This document shows, one piece after another, positions 1 to 10,827 of a stretch of DNA of 64,000 bases; within the stretch, counting starts at the first letter, position 1, and every line of letters begins with the position of its first letter. This stretch comes from Trueperaceae bacterium (lineage in GTDB: Bacteria; Deinococcota; Deinococci; Deinococcales; Trueperaceae): NCBI GenBank assembly GCA_034521815.1, contig JAXHLW010000013.1, positions 1,376,001 to 1,440,000 on the forward strand, read 5' to 3'. A model generated the notes under the pieces. The model made no database searches, was not told where the DNA came from, and worked only from the letters and a program-made list of their open reading frames with translations. Both the position numbers and the translations under genes were made by a program.

Positions 1-828
1 GCCCTGGGCGCGCTCCAGACCGCCATGACCAGCGGCGTGGCGCTGGGCCCGGTGCTGGGAGGCGTCCTGGCCGACTCGGTCGGCTACCGCGCGGCGTTCG
101 TCATCACCGCCGGGCTCCTGACCGCGGGCGGGATCCTGGTGCAGTTCGGCGTCCGCGAGTCGTTCACGCCTCCAGCGAACGCGCGCAAGCTGTCCGGCAT
201 GGCGCAGGACTGGCGTCACATCCTGCGTACCCCGGGCGTGGCCCGGACGTTCTGGGCCCGGTTCGCGGCCTGGCTGGGACGCGGCGTGCTGGTTCCGATC
301 CTGCCGCTGTTCATTCCGATCCTGCTGGCCAGCGAAGCCCGCACCGCCACGTTCACCGGCCTCGTGATCGGGATCGCGGCCGCCACCAGCACCGTTTCCG
401 CCATCGCCCTGGGGAACCTGGGCGACCGGATCGGCCACCGCACCGTTCTGATCGGCTCGGCCGCGGCCGCGGCCGCGTGCTACCTGCCGATGGCGTTCGT
501 CGAGACCGGCGCGCAGCTTCTTCTGCTGAACGGTCTCGCCGGCATCGCCGTCGGCGGCTTGATGCCGTCGCTCTCTGCCCTTCTGAACGTGGCGACGGTC
601 CAGACCGAGGTGGGCTCGGCGTTCGGGCTGGACAACGCGGTCGTGGCTGCGAGCCGCGCGGTCGCGCCGCTGGTCGGCGTGGGTCTGGCGACGCTGCTGG
701 GCGGCGGCGAGCTGGGCTACCGCGCCGTGTTCGTCTCGGCCGCCGCGTTGTTCGTCGTCACCATCGCGATCGCCGCCGGACTGCGTCCGACCGCCAGGGC
801 CACGACCCGCCTGGCGCACGGCGACTGA
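1..828 (+). CDS. MFS transporter (5'-truncated by window edge)
   Basis: Multiple hydrophobic helices and MFS loop motifs GxLADSVGYR and LGNLGDRIGHR; the frame is open to the window start. Confidence 0.85.
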   Translation, partial: ALGALQTAMTSGVALGPVLGGVLADSVGYRAAFVITAGLLTAGGILVQFGVRESFTPPANARKLSGMAQDWRHILRTPGVARTFWARFAAWLGRGVLVPILPLFIPILLASEARTATFTGLVIGIAAATSTVSAIALGNLGDRIGHRTVLIGSAAAAAACYLPMAFVETGAQLLLLNGLAGIAVGGLMPSLSALLNVATVQTEVGSAFGLDNAVVAASRAVAPLVGVGLATLLGGGELGYRAVFVSAAALFVVTIAIAAGLRPTARATTRLAHGD

Positions 829-872
829 CGCCGGGCGACGCCGCCCACGGGCCGGGGTGCGATAGGCTCGTG

Positions 873-958
873 GCACGTCGCCAGGGGTGCCCGCCACGTA
901 CGGGCTGAGAACACACCCTCGAACCTGAACCCGCTCGTACGGGCGTAGGAAGCGTGAC
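873..958 (+). ncRNA. TPP (thiamine pyrophosphate) riboswitch
   Basis: Canonical core GGGGTGC...CTGAGA-ACACCC-GAACCTGAA...GCGTAGGAAG, directly upstream of a thiamine-binding protein gene; -10-like TAGGCT at 863-868. Confidence 0.93.
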
Positions 959-997
959 CGACGAAAAGCCCCTTCCCTGGTGACGGAAGGGAACCCC

Positions 998-2104
998 ATG
1001 AGCCGAACCGTTCGACCATCATTCTCGTTCTTCTCCGGCCTGCGCGCCGCGAGACTCGTTCCGTGGGCGCTGGCGCTCCTGGCCACGCTCGCCACGGCGT
1101 CCGCTCAGAACGTCACGCTGTTGACGCACGACTCGTTCACCCTGCCCGAGGAGCTCGTCACGGCGTTCGAACGCGATCACGACCTCGAGCTCCGCGTCGT
1201 TTCCGGGGGCGACGCCGGCGAGGTCGTGAACCGCGCGCTGCTGACCGCGGGCCGCCCCGTCGCGGACGTGCTGTTCGGCATCGACGACGCGCTGATCGCT
1301 CGCGACGGCGCTCGCGAGCTGTTCGAGCCGTACCTCGCCGAGGGCGCGGACGCCGTGCCGGACGAGCTTCGCTTCGCGGACGAGCTGCTCACCCCCGTCA
1401 CCGTCGGCTACGTGGCGTTCAACTACGACGTCGCGGGCCTGGCCGAGCGTGGCCTTCCCGAGCCCACCGACCTGACCGACCTGACGGACCAGGCGTTCGC
1501 CGGCGCGACCGTGGTCGCCGACCCGGCGACCAGCAGCCCCGGTCTGGCGTTCCTGCTGGTCACCGTCGCCCGCTTCGGCGAGGGCGGACCGTACGACTGG
1601 CTGGACTACTGGGCGGATCTCCGCGACGCGGACCTGCGGGTGACCTCGGGCTGGTCGGACGCGTACTACACGGCGTTCAGCCGCTACGGCGGCGACCGGC
1701 CGATCGTGCTGTCGTACGCGACCAGCCCTGCGGCCGAGGTGATCTTCGCCGAAGAGGAGCTGGACGAGGCTCCGACGCGGAACCTGCTGTGCGAGGCGTG
1801 CACCTGGCGTCAGATCGAGGCGGCCGGCGTGCTCGCGGGTAGGCCCGATCCCGAGGCGGCAGGCGAGCTGGTGGACTTCCTGCTCTCGAGCGAGGTGCAG
1901 GCCGCCGTGCCCACCTCCATGTTCGTCTACCCTGCGCGCCAGGACGTGCCGCTTCCCGAGGCGTTCGAGCGCTTCGCTACCCGACCCACCGCGGCCCAGA
2001 CCGCGTCGCTGGACGCGGGGCGGATCGAGGCGGAGCAAGCCCGCTGGCTGCGGCAGTGGACGCAGGTCGTCCGTCAGGGACGGTCGCCGGACGACGTACG
2101 TTGA
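998..2104 (+). CDS. thiB: Thiamine ABC transporter substrate-binding protein
   Basis: Signal peptide; THDSF, DPATSSPGLAFL, WSDAYY and SYATSPAAE motifs of TbpA/ThiB; follows the TPP riboswitch. Confidence 0.9.
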   Translation: MSRTVRPSFSFFSGLRAARLVPWALALLATLATASAQNVTLLTHDSFTLPEELVTAFERDHDLELRVVSGGDAGEVVNRALLTAGRPVADVLFGIDDALIARDGARELFEPYLAEGADAVPDELRFADELLTPVTVGYVAFNYDVAGLAERGLPEPTDLTDLTDQAFAGATVVADPATSSPGLAFLLVTVARFGEGGPYDWLDYWADLRDADLRVTSGWSDAYYTAFSRYGGDRPIVLSYATSPAAEVIFAEEELDEAPTRNLLCEACTWRQIEAAGVLAGRPDPEAAGELVDFLLSSEVQAAVPTSMFVYPARQDVPLPEAFERFATRPTAAQTASLDAGRIEAEQARWLRQWTQVVRQGRSPDDVR

Positions 2105-2117
2105 CGAGGCGGTCGGC

Positions 2118-5100
2118 TCAATCGGCCGCCTCGCCCGTTTCGAGCAGGGAGGCGAACGCCGATCGCACCGCCTCCCGCGTGGCGTCCGGCGGAAGGTCGT
2201 AGAAGGCGGCCCAGGCGGCCGCTTTATCGCGCTCGTACGTCTCCGCGTCGTGCCCGGCGGCGAGCCAGGCCCGCCGCACCGCGTGACCGACGACGACGTC
2301 CATCACCAGCGATCCGTGCACGCGCAGGTCGGGCGCCGCGGCGAACAGGCGCGACAGCTCCAAGATCGCCTCGACGGTCACCTGGCGGTACTCGGGACTC
2401 GGGATCTTGTGCAGCATGTGCTCGACGCGCAACGCGAAGTTGAGCTCGCCCGCGGTGCTCTCGCCCGTGATCCGGCGGCTGTCCAACCGGTTCCGGCGCT
2501 CGAGCTTGTCGCCGATGACCAGGCCGTCGCAGCGGCGCAGCAGGTCCCACGCACGGCGCGCGAAACCGTCCGGGAGGCGCGCCAGCGCGCCCTCGCGCTG
2601 CCGCCAGCGCCACCATCCCGCCGCCGGCGTCGTACGCGGGCCGTCGTCCACGTCGTCGTCCACGCCGTCGTCCACGCCGTCGTCCACGCCGTCGCCCGGT
2701 CCCGTCCCCTCGGCGTCGGCGACGAGCGGCCGTCACGATCCCGTCCGTCACGATCCCGTCCGTCGCAATGCTGTCCGCGTCGTGCGGGCCGCGCGCCTCC
2801 AAACGCTCCTGCCGCTCCAGCAAGCGGTGGAGCCGCCGCTCGTCGCCGTGCAACACGCGCCGCAACCGCCGACGCACCTCGCTGGGCGGCAGCGACGCCA
2901 GCCGTTCGTAGCCCTCGTCCGGCGCGACGCCCTCCTCGTGCGCCAGCTCGGAGGCCAGCAGCAGCGTCAGGTGACCCAAGCGCAGCGTCCGGATCCCCTC
3001 GAACCGCTCGGGGTCCTCCCGCAGCAGGCCGGCCAGCGCAACGATCAGCTCCTGGGTCAGCACCCGGTCGCGCACGTCCTCGCGGCAGAAGCGCCGGATC
3101 AGGGCGAGAAGCTCGGCCTGGGGAAGCGGCCGGTCGACGGTGGCCTCGTCCGAGTACGCCTTGCCGACCAGCAGGCGCTTCTGGGCGGCCAGCAGGTCCG
3201 CCGCCGCGTCGGCCAGGGTCGGCTCGACCATCTCGAGCAGGGCCGCCCCCAGACGTACGACGCCCCATAGCCGCAGGTCGCCGGCCCGGTCGTACAGCTC
3301 GGCCAGCGACGCCGCGACCGTGACCGGACCGTCGTCGTCGCGCCATAGGACCGCGTCCGTTCCGAGGCGTCCGTTCAGCTCGGTGAGCAGCTCGGCCTGC
3401 TCGTACGCGTTCGTGGAGCTCCTCAGACGCACGGTCAGCTCGTCGGTGTCGGCGGTGAGCTCGATCGCGAGCTCCTCTTCGGGCGAGAGCGGCCAGTTCC
3501 GGCCCGTCCGCGTGAGAGGTGCGCGCCCGTGACGCTCGGCACCGGCGAAGGGGCGCTCGCCGGGACGCCAGTCGCCCAGGCGGTCGATCCGCTCCTCGTT
3601 CGCGGACAGCGCCAGACGCGACAGCGGCCCGAGCACGACCGGCACCCCGTCCACGTCGCCCGCCGCCGCTTCGCGTACGAAGCGGAGCAGCTCGGCCTCG
3701 CCGTGCTGCAGCAGGTCGCGCGGAACCCACAGCACCAGCGTGGGACGGCCGGGCAGCGTCCAGTGCCGCGACAGGTAGCGCAGCTCGGCACGGAGGCGCT
3801 GCAGCAGGTCGTCCGGATCGAGCGCCAGGTAGAACTCGGCGCGGTCCAGGAAGGCGGGGACGACGGCCAGTCGCGCTCCGTTCAGGCGGTACAGCCGGGC
3901 GCTGGCCAGGCTCCCGAGCCGGGTGCGTGGCCGGCCGGTCAGCCCCAGCCGGTCGTGCCGTCCGACCCGCTCGTACGCCGACGCCACGTCGGCGGCGCGG
4001 ACCAGCCGGGCGTCGCCCAGAGCGTCCATCCGCTCGGCGGGCACGCCCAGCTCGTGCAGCTGCGCCCGCACCTCCTCGTCCTCGGCCACGACGACGACCT
4101 GCACGCTGGCGCCGCCGGGCGCGCGGCGTCGGTGGCGCCCCAGCGGGTCGAGCTCGTCCGTCCGCACGGCGCCGGAGATCAGCAGCTCCAGCAGCGTGCG
4201 CAGGCTCTCGGCCCACACCAGGGGAACGTTCTCGCCGGGGACGCGCACCGCGCTTCCCGGCGAGGCGCGCTCGGTCTCCACGTCCTCCGGCGTCACGCGG
4301 TACAGCTCGGGAAGGACCGCGTCGCCGTCCAGGACGACCGCCGCGCGCGTCAGCCTGTCGCGGTAGGCGCGTGCGGCGTCCCAGTCGCCGCGGAACGCGG
4401 CGCCCAGACCCGCGAAGGCGTGGAACAGCGGCCACTCGGACTCGATCCCCTCGAAGCGTGCCAGCTCCTCGGGCTCGTAGTGCAAGCGCCCCTCCTCCTC
4501 GAGCGCGGTCTGGTGGCCGTCCCGGAGGAAGCGCTTCATGCCGTAGCGACCGTCCAGGACGCGAACGATGGTCTCCCGGGTCCGCTGGGCGAGGTCCGGG
4601 TCGTCCACCGCGAAGGCGGGCCACCCCACCGCGCCCAGCAGCGCGGCGTCCGTCTCCTTCGAGGCGGACTCGCGCGGGAGGAGCGCCGCCAAGGTGACGC
4701 GGGCGCGTGCGACGTCGTCGGGAAGAACGTGGATCACCGACGCCTGCGATCCTTCTGCGCCGAACAGGTCCAGGCCGTCCAGCGCCTCGAGCGCGGCCTT
4801 GCACGCCGCCACCGAGCTGGCGTTGATCTCGGGTCGACCGTGGTTCGTCTTGTCGCCGCGCTCCCAGATGCCGTAGTCGGGCGTGCGGTGGGCCCGCGCG
4901 ACGTACCAGACGAGGTTCTGCACGAACGCCACCTCGTCCAGCGTGGCGACGACCGGCAGCCCCCCGGCGGTGAGCTGCGCCAGGCTGAGCAGGAACAGCC
5001 CCGTCGCGTCCAGCTGCAGGTGGCCCCAGGCGTCGTCGCCGACGACCGGCGCACCGGTCGCCGTGTCGATCTTGGCGTGAAGGGCGTCCAACGGGTCTCG

Positions 5101-5427
5101 GCTGTGCTTGAAGCGCTCGACCCGGTCGGCCTGCGCCATCATCGACCGCAGCAGGCCGCGCATGAGCGCCACCGTGCGCTGCTCGAGCTCGCGCACGCGG
5201 CCGCCCTCGAGCCCCGCCGAGCGGGCTGCGCGCGCCGCGCCCCACACCGCCAGGATCGAGTACACCCCGTCACGCACCCAGGCGTGGGTGTAGTCGCCGT
5301 GACGCGTCACCGCGGTCGACGCCGGCAACAGGCCGCTGACCGGATGTTGGCGGGCGGTGATGGTTCGCTCGACCCGAGCGAGCACGTCCAGAAGCGAAGC
5401 GCCTTCGGGACGCGACCGGTCGTTCAT
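2118..5427 (-). CDS. GH15-family, phosphorylase kinase alpha/beta-like protein (frame break at about 2700-2790)
   Basis: AWVRDGVY, WGHLQLDA, PDYGIWERGDKTNHG and ESEWPLF motifs. The C-terminal domain (ELNFALRVEHMLHKIPSPEYRQ) is in another frame (2118-2687). Leaderless TAGCGT lies 7 nt before ATG 5427. Confidence 0.85.
2642..2763. repeat. Short tandem repeats: 12-bp unit (GTCCACGCCGTC-like) about 3-4 times and 15-bp CGTCACGATCCCGTC twice
   Basis: Directly visible; they encode an acidic linker in the GH15 gene. Confidence 0.8.
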
Positions 5428-5437
5428 GGCGCGCACG

Positions 5438-6361
5438 CTACCCCGGTGCTGCGTCCACCGCCGTCGTGAGCACGCTCAACACGATCGGCAGCGTCACCAA
5501 CGCCACCGCAGTGCCGGCCACGACGGTATCGCCGACCTGCTCGGCGTCGCCGCCGAACTCGATCGCCAGCATCACCGCGTTCACCGCGGTCGGCATGGCG
5601 CCCATCAGCACCAGGACCGCCAGGTCCAAGCCTGTCAGTCCCAGCGCCAGCCCGGCGCCCGCCGCCAAGAGCGGCCCCGCCCCCAGCTTCAGGCCCACGC
5701 CCAGCCAGGCCCTGGCGCTGGGCAGGTGTCGGCCGCTCCGCGCCAGCTGCACGCCCAGCGTCAGCAGCACCATCGGAATGGCCGCATCGGCCAGGAGGTC
5801 CACCGCGCGCCCCGCGGCGAGAGGCAGGGTCAGGCCGGCCACGTTCACGAGCAGGCCCGCCAGCGTGGCCCACAGCACCGGGAAGGCCAGCACGGTGCGA
5901 AGCGCACGCGCCGGCGAGACGGACGCCCCGAGCAGCCCGGGGCCGATCGTGAACACCAGCAGCGCCGTCGCGAGGTAGAGGATCAGGGCGCGGTCCAGCC
6001 CCGCCGGCCCGAACGCGAACAGCGCGACGGGCAGGTTCAGGTTGGCGGCGTTGCCCAGCACGCTGGTGCCGATCAGCGCGCGCCTGGCCGAGCCGGACAG
6101 CCGAGCGCCGGCCAGCGCCGCCAAGCCCGCGGCGACGACCAGGTACGCGGCGTACGCGGCCAGCAGGCGCGCCGCGGGAATCTCGCCCAGCGCCAGCTCC
6201 GCCATGGCGCGGAACGCCAGCGCCGGCACCGCGGCGTAGAGCGCCAGGCGGTTGACGTGACGAACGTCCAGGCGGAACCAGCCCCCGACCAGGCCACCGA
6301 CCAGGATGACCGCGAACACCGGCAGGACGACGTCGACGAGCAGCTTCAGGGACGCTGGCAC
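5438..6361 (-). CDS. AEC (auxin efflux carrier/malate permease) family transporter
   Basis: About 10 TM helices; GNAANLNLP and MPTAVN motifs typical of Mem_trans. Confidence 0.85.
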   Translation of the reverse strand: MPASLKLLVDVVLPVFAVILVGGLVGGWFRLDVRHVNRLALYAAVPALAFRAMAELALGEIPAARLLAAYAAYLVVAAGLAALAGARLSGSARRALIGTSVLGNAANLNLPVALFAFGPAGLDRALILYLATALLVFTIGPGLLGASVSPARALRTVLAFPVLWATLAGLLVNVAGLTLPLAAGRAVDLLADAAIPMVLLTLGVQLARSGRHLPSARAWLGVGLKLGAGPLLAAGAGLALGLTGLDLAVLVLMGAMPTAVNAVMLAIEFGGDAEQVGDTVVAGTAVALVTLPIVLSVLTTAVDAAPG

Positions 6362-6393
6362 GGGGCATGCTACCTGGCGCTAGACTCGTGGGC

Positions 6394-7977
6394 GTGCGCC
6401 TCTCCCCCGGCCGGCTCGGCGGTCTCCTCGCGTCGCTCTTCCTGGCGCTTCTCCTGGTCGTGCCCCTCGTCGCCGTGGTGGCGCGGGGGCTCGGCGGCGA
6501 GCCGCTGGCCACCGTGCGCGAGCTGGCCGCCGACCCGTTCCTCCGCGAACGGCTGGGGGCGACGCTGCTGCAGGCGACGCTCTCGACGGTGCTGACGGTC
6601 GCGATCGGGCTTCCAGGAGCGTTGGCGTTCGCACGCTGGTCGTTTCCCGGCAAGCGGATCCTGCGCGCGCTGTTCACGGTGCCGTTCGTGATGCCGTCCG
6701 TCGTGGCGGGAGCGGGGTTCCTGGCGCTGCTGGGGCCCGGCGGGGCGCTGGGCGTCGACCTGGTCGATACGCTGACGCTGGTGCTCCTCGCCCACGTGTT
6801 CTACAACCACGCCGTGGTGGTGCGGATGGTGGGCGGGTTCCTGGAGTCGGCCGCGCCCCGGCTCCGCGACGCGGCGGCGACGCTGGGCGCCGGGCCGTTC
6901 CGGACCACGTTGCGCGTCACGCTTCCCTTGGCGGCGCCCGCGATCCTCGCGGCGGCGGCGCTGGTGTTCGTGTTCTGCTTCACCTCGTTCGGCGTGATCC
7001 TGATCCTGGCGCCGGGCGGCGCCTGGGACACCCTGGAGGTCGAGATCTACCGCAGCGTCGCCCGGCTGATGCGGCTCGATACCGCCGCGGCGCTGGCGCT
7101 GCTGCAGCTGCTCGTGGCGATGGCCGCAGGCGGCGTCTACACGGCGTTGCAGGCCCGCGCCGCGGTGCCGCTGAGCGGCGCGACGCCGCTTCCGCGACCG
7201 GGCCTGGGCGGGCGGTGGCTGCTGGCCCTGACGCTGGCGCCTCCGGCCGTGCTGACCGCGGCGCCGCTGGTGGCGCTCGCGATCCGGTCGGTGACGCCAC
7301 CGGGAACGGAGGGGATCTCGTGGATCGGCTGGAGCGCGGCGTTCGCGCCCAGCGGCCTGCTGGGGGTGGTGAGCGCCTGGCAGGCGACCTGGAACTCGCT
7401 CCGGTTCGCGGCCGCGTCGGGCCTGATCGCGACCGTGGTGGGGACGGCGCTGGCGTACGCGGTGGTGCGCGGCGGCTGGCGATTCCTGGACCGCGCCAGC
7501 CTGCTGCCGCTGGCCACCAGCGCCGTCACGCTGGGCCTCGGGCTGCTGCTGGCGTGGCCGGCGCTGACGGGAACGTTCTGGGGCTTGGCGCTGGCGCACG
7601 CGCTGATCGGAACGCCGTTCGTGACGCGGGCGGTGCTGCCGTCGCTGCGGGGGATTCCCGCCTCGCGCTCGGCAGCGGCGGCGACGCTGGGCGCGGGACC
7701 GTGGCGCAGGGCGCTGCGCGTCGATCTGCCGGCGCTGGTGCCGGGCCTGATCGGCGGGGCCGGGTTCGCGGTGGCGGTGTCGCTGGGCGAGTTCGGCGCC
7801 GCGCTGGTGCTGAGCCGGCCCGAGCTGGCGACGCTGCCGATCGCGATCTACCAGCGCCTGGGACGTCCCGGCGCCGAGAGCTACGCGGCCGCGCTGGTGC
7901 TGGCGCTGCTGCTGATGGCGCTGACGGCGGTGATCATGGCGCTGCTGGACCGGCTGGGCGGACCGGGCGAGATCTGA
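6394..7977 (+). CDS. thiP: Thiamine/iron-type ABC transporter permease (duplicated BPD domain)
   Basis: PFVMPSVV, LAHVFYN, two AAATLGA EAA loops and SLGEFGA. Start placed at GTG 7 nt after TAGACT. Confidence 0.85.
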   Translation: MRLSPGRLGGLLASLFLALLLVVPLVAVVARGLGGEPLATVRELAADPFLRERLGATLLQATLSTVLTVAIGLPGALAFARWSFPGKRILRALFTVPFVMPSVVAGAGFLALLGPGGALGVDLVDTLTLVLLAHVFYNHAVVVRMVGGFLESAAPRLRDAAATLGAGPFRTTLRVTLPLAAPAILAAAALVFVFCFTSFGVILILAPGGAWDTLEVEIYRSVARLMRLDTAAALALLQLLVAMAAGGVYTALQARAAVPLSGATPLPRPGLGGRWLLALTLAPPAVLTAAPLVALAIRSVTPPGTEGISWIGWSAAFAPSGLLGVVSAWQATWNSLRFAAASGLIATVVGTALAYAVVRGGWRFLDRASLLPLATSAVTLGLGLLLAWPALTGTFWGLALAHALIGTPFVTRAVLPSLRGIPASRSAAAATLGAGPWRRALRVDLPALVPGLIGGAGFAVAVSLGEFGAALVLSRPELATLPIAIYQRLGRPGAESYAAALVLALLLMALTAVIMALLDRLGGPGEI

Positions 7978-8030
7978 TCCGTGCCCGGCGCGGATCGGGC
8001 CGCGATCCGGCCGCGGGTATGATGCCGCGC

Positions 8031-9020
8031 GTGGCTCTCGAACTCTCGGGCGTGGTACGGCGCTACGGCGAGGTGCGCGCCGTCGACGGCGTCGATCTGA
8101 TCGTTCCGCCGGGTCGGACGCTGGCGCTGCTGGGACCCTCGGGGTGCGGCAAGTCGACGCTGCTTCGCGTGGTGGCGGGCCTCGAGCCGCCCGACGCGGG
8201 AACGTTGCGCATGGACGGACGCGACCTGGCCGGGGTGCCGCCGCAGCGACGCGGCATCGGCATGGTGTTCCAGGACTACGCGCTCTTCCCGCACCTGACC
8301 GTGAAGGACAACGTGGCGTTCGGCCTGGTCGAGCGCGGCTGGCCCGTGGCCGAGCGCGAGGCCAGGGTCACGGAGCTGCTGGACGCCGTCGACCTCACGG
8401 GGCTGGAGCGGCGTCGCCCGCACGAGCTCTCGGGCGGTCAGCAGCAGCGCGTCGCGCTGGCGCGGGCGCTCGCTCCGCGTCCCGCCTTGCTGCTCCTCGA
8501 CGAGCCGCTGAGCAACCTGGACCGGACCCTTCGCGACGAGCTCACCGACGAGCTCGCCGAGCTCCTGAGCGAGCTGGACGTCCAGGCGATCCACGTCACG
8601 CACGATCAGAACGAGGCGTTCGCGCTGGCCGACAGGGTCGCCGTGATGCACGCGGGCCGCATCGTGCAGGAGGGCACGCCGGACGAGCTGCTCGACGCGC
8701 CTCGGAACGCCTGGATGGCCCGCTTCCTGGGGCTGCGCGAGCTGATCCCGGCCGGCCAGGCGAAGGAGCTGGGGTTCGCGGGCACCACGTTGCTGCGGGT
8801 CGAGAAACTGCGTCCGGATCCTGACGGGCGGCCGTTCGAGGTTCGACGTGTGCATCGTGTCGGCACCGACCTGGAGCTGGCGCTGACCTCGCCGGAGTGG
8901 GGGCTGGCCCTCCGCTGGCAGGTCCGCCCGCGCGAGCTTGGCACGACGCCCGAGCCGGGCGACACGATCCGGCTGCGCGTTCCGGACGACGCCTGGACGG
9001 TGCTGGAGGTGGAGGGATGA
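8031..9020 (+). CDS. thiQ: ABC transporter ATP-binding protein (ThiQ/FbpC-like)
   Basis: Walker A GPSGCGKS, LSGGQQQR and LLLDEP. TATGAT lies 7 nt before GTG 8031. Confidence 0.85.
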   Translation: MALELSGVVRRYGEVRAVDGVDLIVPPGRTLALLGPSGCGKSTLLRVVAGLEPPDAGTLRMDGRDLAGVPPQRRGIGMVFQDYALFPHLTVKDNVAFGLVERGWPVAEREARVTELLDAVDLTGLERRRPHELSGGQQQRVALARALAPRPALLLLDEPLSNLDRTLRDELTDELAELLSELDVQAIHVTHDQNEAFALADRVAVMHAGRIVQEGTPDELLDAPRNAWMARFLGLRELIPAGQAKELGFAGTTLLRVEKLRPDPDGRPFEVRRVHRVGTDLELALTSPEWGLALRWQVRPRELGTTPEPGDTIRLRVPDDAWTVLEVEG

Positions 9021-9649
9021 TCGCGCTGATCTTGGCGGGCGGTCCGTTGCGTCCGAGCCCACGTCTGCTGCGCAAGGTCGCCGAGGCGGACGTCGTGATC
9101 GCGGCGGACGGCGGGCTCCGGCACGCGATCCCGCTGGGCGTGACGCCGGATCTGCTGGTCGGCGACCTGGACTCGGTCCGCGAGGAGGACCTGATGGTCT
9201 GGCCGGACGTGCCCACCGAGCGCCATCCGGCGGACAAGGACGCCCTCGACCTCGAGCTCGCGATCGAGGCGGCGCTGGCGCGCGGGGCCGAGTGCATCCG
9301 GGTCATCGGGGCGTTCGGGGGGCGGTTCGACCAGACGCTGGCGACCGCCTGGATCGCCGCCCGCTACGCCGAGCAGGGCGTGGACATGTCGCTGCTGGAC
9401 GGGATCCACGATGCGTATCCGCTGCCGGCGGGGGCTCGGTTCGACGACGAGGTTCCCAGCGGCACGGTGTTCAGCCTGCTGTCGGTGAGCGAGCGGTCGC
9501 GCGTGGACGTCGACGGCGCGGACTACCCGCTCAGGGACGCGGAGCTGCCGCGCGGCGTGGGGCTGGGTCTCTCCAACGTCGCGCACGACCGGTTGGTGGT
9601 CGACGTTCGCGAGGGCTTGGTGCTGCTGATCCTCGAGTGGGACGCCTGA
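9017..9649 (+). CDS. thiN: Thiamine diphosphokinase
   Basis: IAADGGL, LVGDLDS, KDALDLELA, GGRFDQ and GLSN motifs; ATGA overlap with the ATPase gene. Confidence 0.9.
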   Translation: MIALILAGGPLRPSPRLLRKVAEADVVIAADGGLRHAIPLGVTPDLLVGDLDSVREEDLMVWPDVPTERHPADKDALDLELAIEAALARGAECIRVIGAFGGRFDQTLATAWIAARYAEQGVDMSLLDGIHDAYPLPAGARFDDEVPSGTVFSLLSVSERSRVDVDGADYPLRDAELPRGVGLGLSNVAHDRLVVDVREGLVLLILEWDA

Positions 9650-9661
9650 GCTAGCCGCGGG

Positions 9662-9718
9662 TTGCACTGGGGCGCCTCCGCGCGCCATACTGCGGATACG
9701 GAAATGTAAACGTTTTCA
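9662..9718 (+). promoter_or_regulatory. sigma70 promoter (TTGCAC-N18-CATACT) and LacI-family operator TGTAAACGTTTTCA (9705-9718)
   Basis: AT-rich near-palindrome with a central CG, typical of LacI/GalR operators, just upstream of a LacI gene. Confidence 0.8.
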
Positions 9719-9752
9719 TCCGGGCCGGGGCCCGGCGACGCGACGGAGGAAC

Positions 9753-10827
9753 GTGACGGAGCGAGCGCGCGTACCCACCATGCACGACGTGGCCCGCGAG
9801 GCCGGCGTCTCGACGGCGACGGTGTCGCGCGTCGTGAACGGCGCCCGCGTCCGGCCCGCCACCGCGCGCACCGTGCGCGAGGCGATGCATCGCCTGGGGT
9901 ACGTCCCGAACCAGGTCGCGCGCGGCCTGGTGACCGGCCGTAGCGACGTCGTCGGGGTGCTGGTGCCCGACCTGGTCGGACCGCTCAACGCCGCCGTGGC
10001 CCGGGGGGTCGAAGATGCGCTGGAGGCGCGCGGCATGCACGCCGTCGTCGTGACCGACCACCGCGAGCCCGAGCGCGAGCGGGCCCGGCTGCGGATGCTG
10101 GTCGCGCGGCGCGTGGACGGACTGGTGCTGATCGGCAGTCAGCTGCCGGATGCCGAGATCCGCGACGCGGTCGGCGACACCCCGGTCGTGCTGGTCGGCG
10201 CCGAACACGAGCGCACCGAGCTGCCCGAGGTCCGTGTCGACAACCGCGCCGGGATCGACGCGGCGCTCCGGATCGTGGCTCGGCCACGGCCACCGCGACG
10301 TCGCGCACCTCGCCGGCCCGCGCCGCGACGGGCGTGAGCGGCTCGACGCGGTCCGTGAGCTCGCTCCTCGGCACGGCGTCCGCCTGATCGCCGTCGCCGA
10401 GGCCGACTTCAGCGAGTCGGGCGGCCTGACCGCGGGCCGCGAGCTGCTGGACCGCGGCGGGTTCAGCGCGGTGCTGTGCTCCAACGACCGGACCGCCGTC
10501 GGTCTGTACGCCGCCGCGCGCGAGCGCGGGCTCCGCTTTCCCCGTGATCTGTCCATCGTCGGCTTCGACGATCTTCCCTGGAGCGCGTACCTCGATCCGG
10601 CCCTCACCACCGTGCGGCAGCCCAGTCGCGAGATGGGCCGCGTCGCGGCCGAGCGGATCCTGGACCCCGACGCGAGCACGGCCTGGCAGGGCGAGCGCAC
10701 GCTCGTTCCCGAGCCGGTCGAGCGCGCCTCCGTCGCTCCCCCCACCCTGGCCGACCGTCGCGCCGCCCGGCACGACTCGGACGACCGCCCGCAACCCGTC
10801 GCTCTCGTCAAGGAGGAACCCGCATGA
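9753..10827 (+). CDS. LacI-family transcriptional regulator (1-nt frameshift at about 10277)
   Basis: HTH TMHDVAREAGVSTATVSRV. The C-terminal part (GHRDVAHLAG, SIVGFDD, LTTVRQP) is in the next frame, and removing one G in ATCGTGGCTC restores the frame. Confidence 0.88.
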
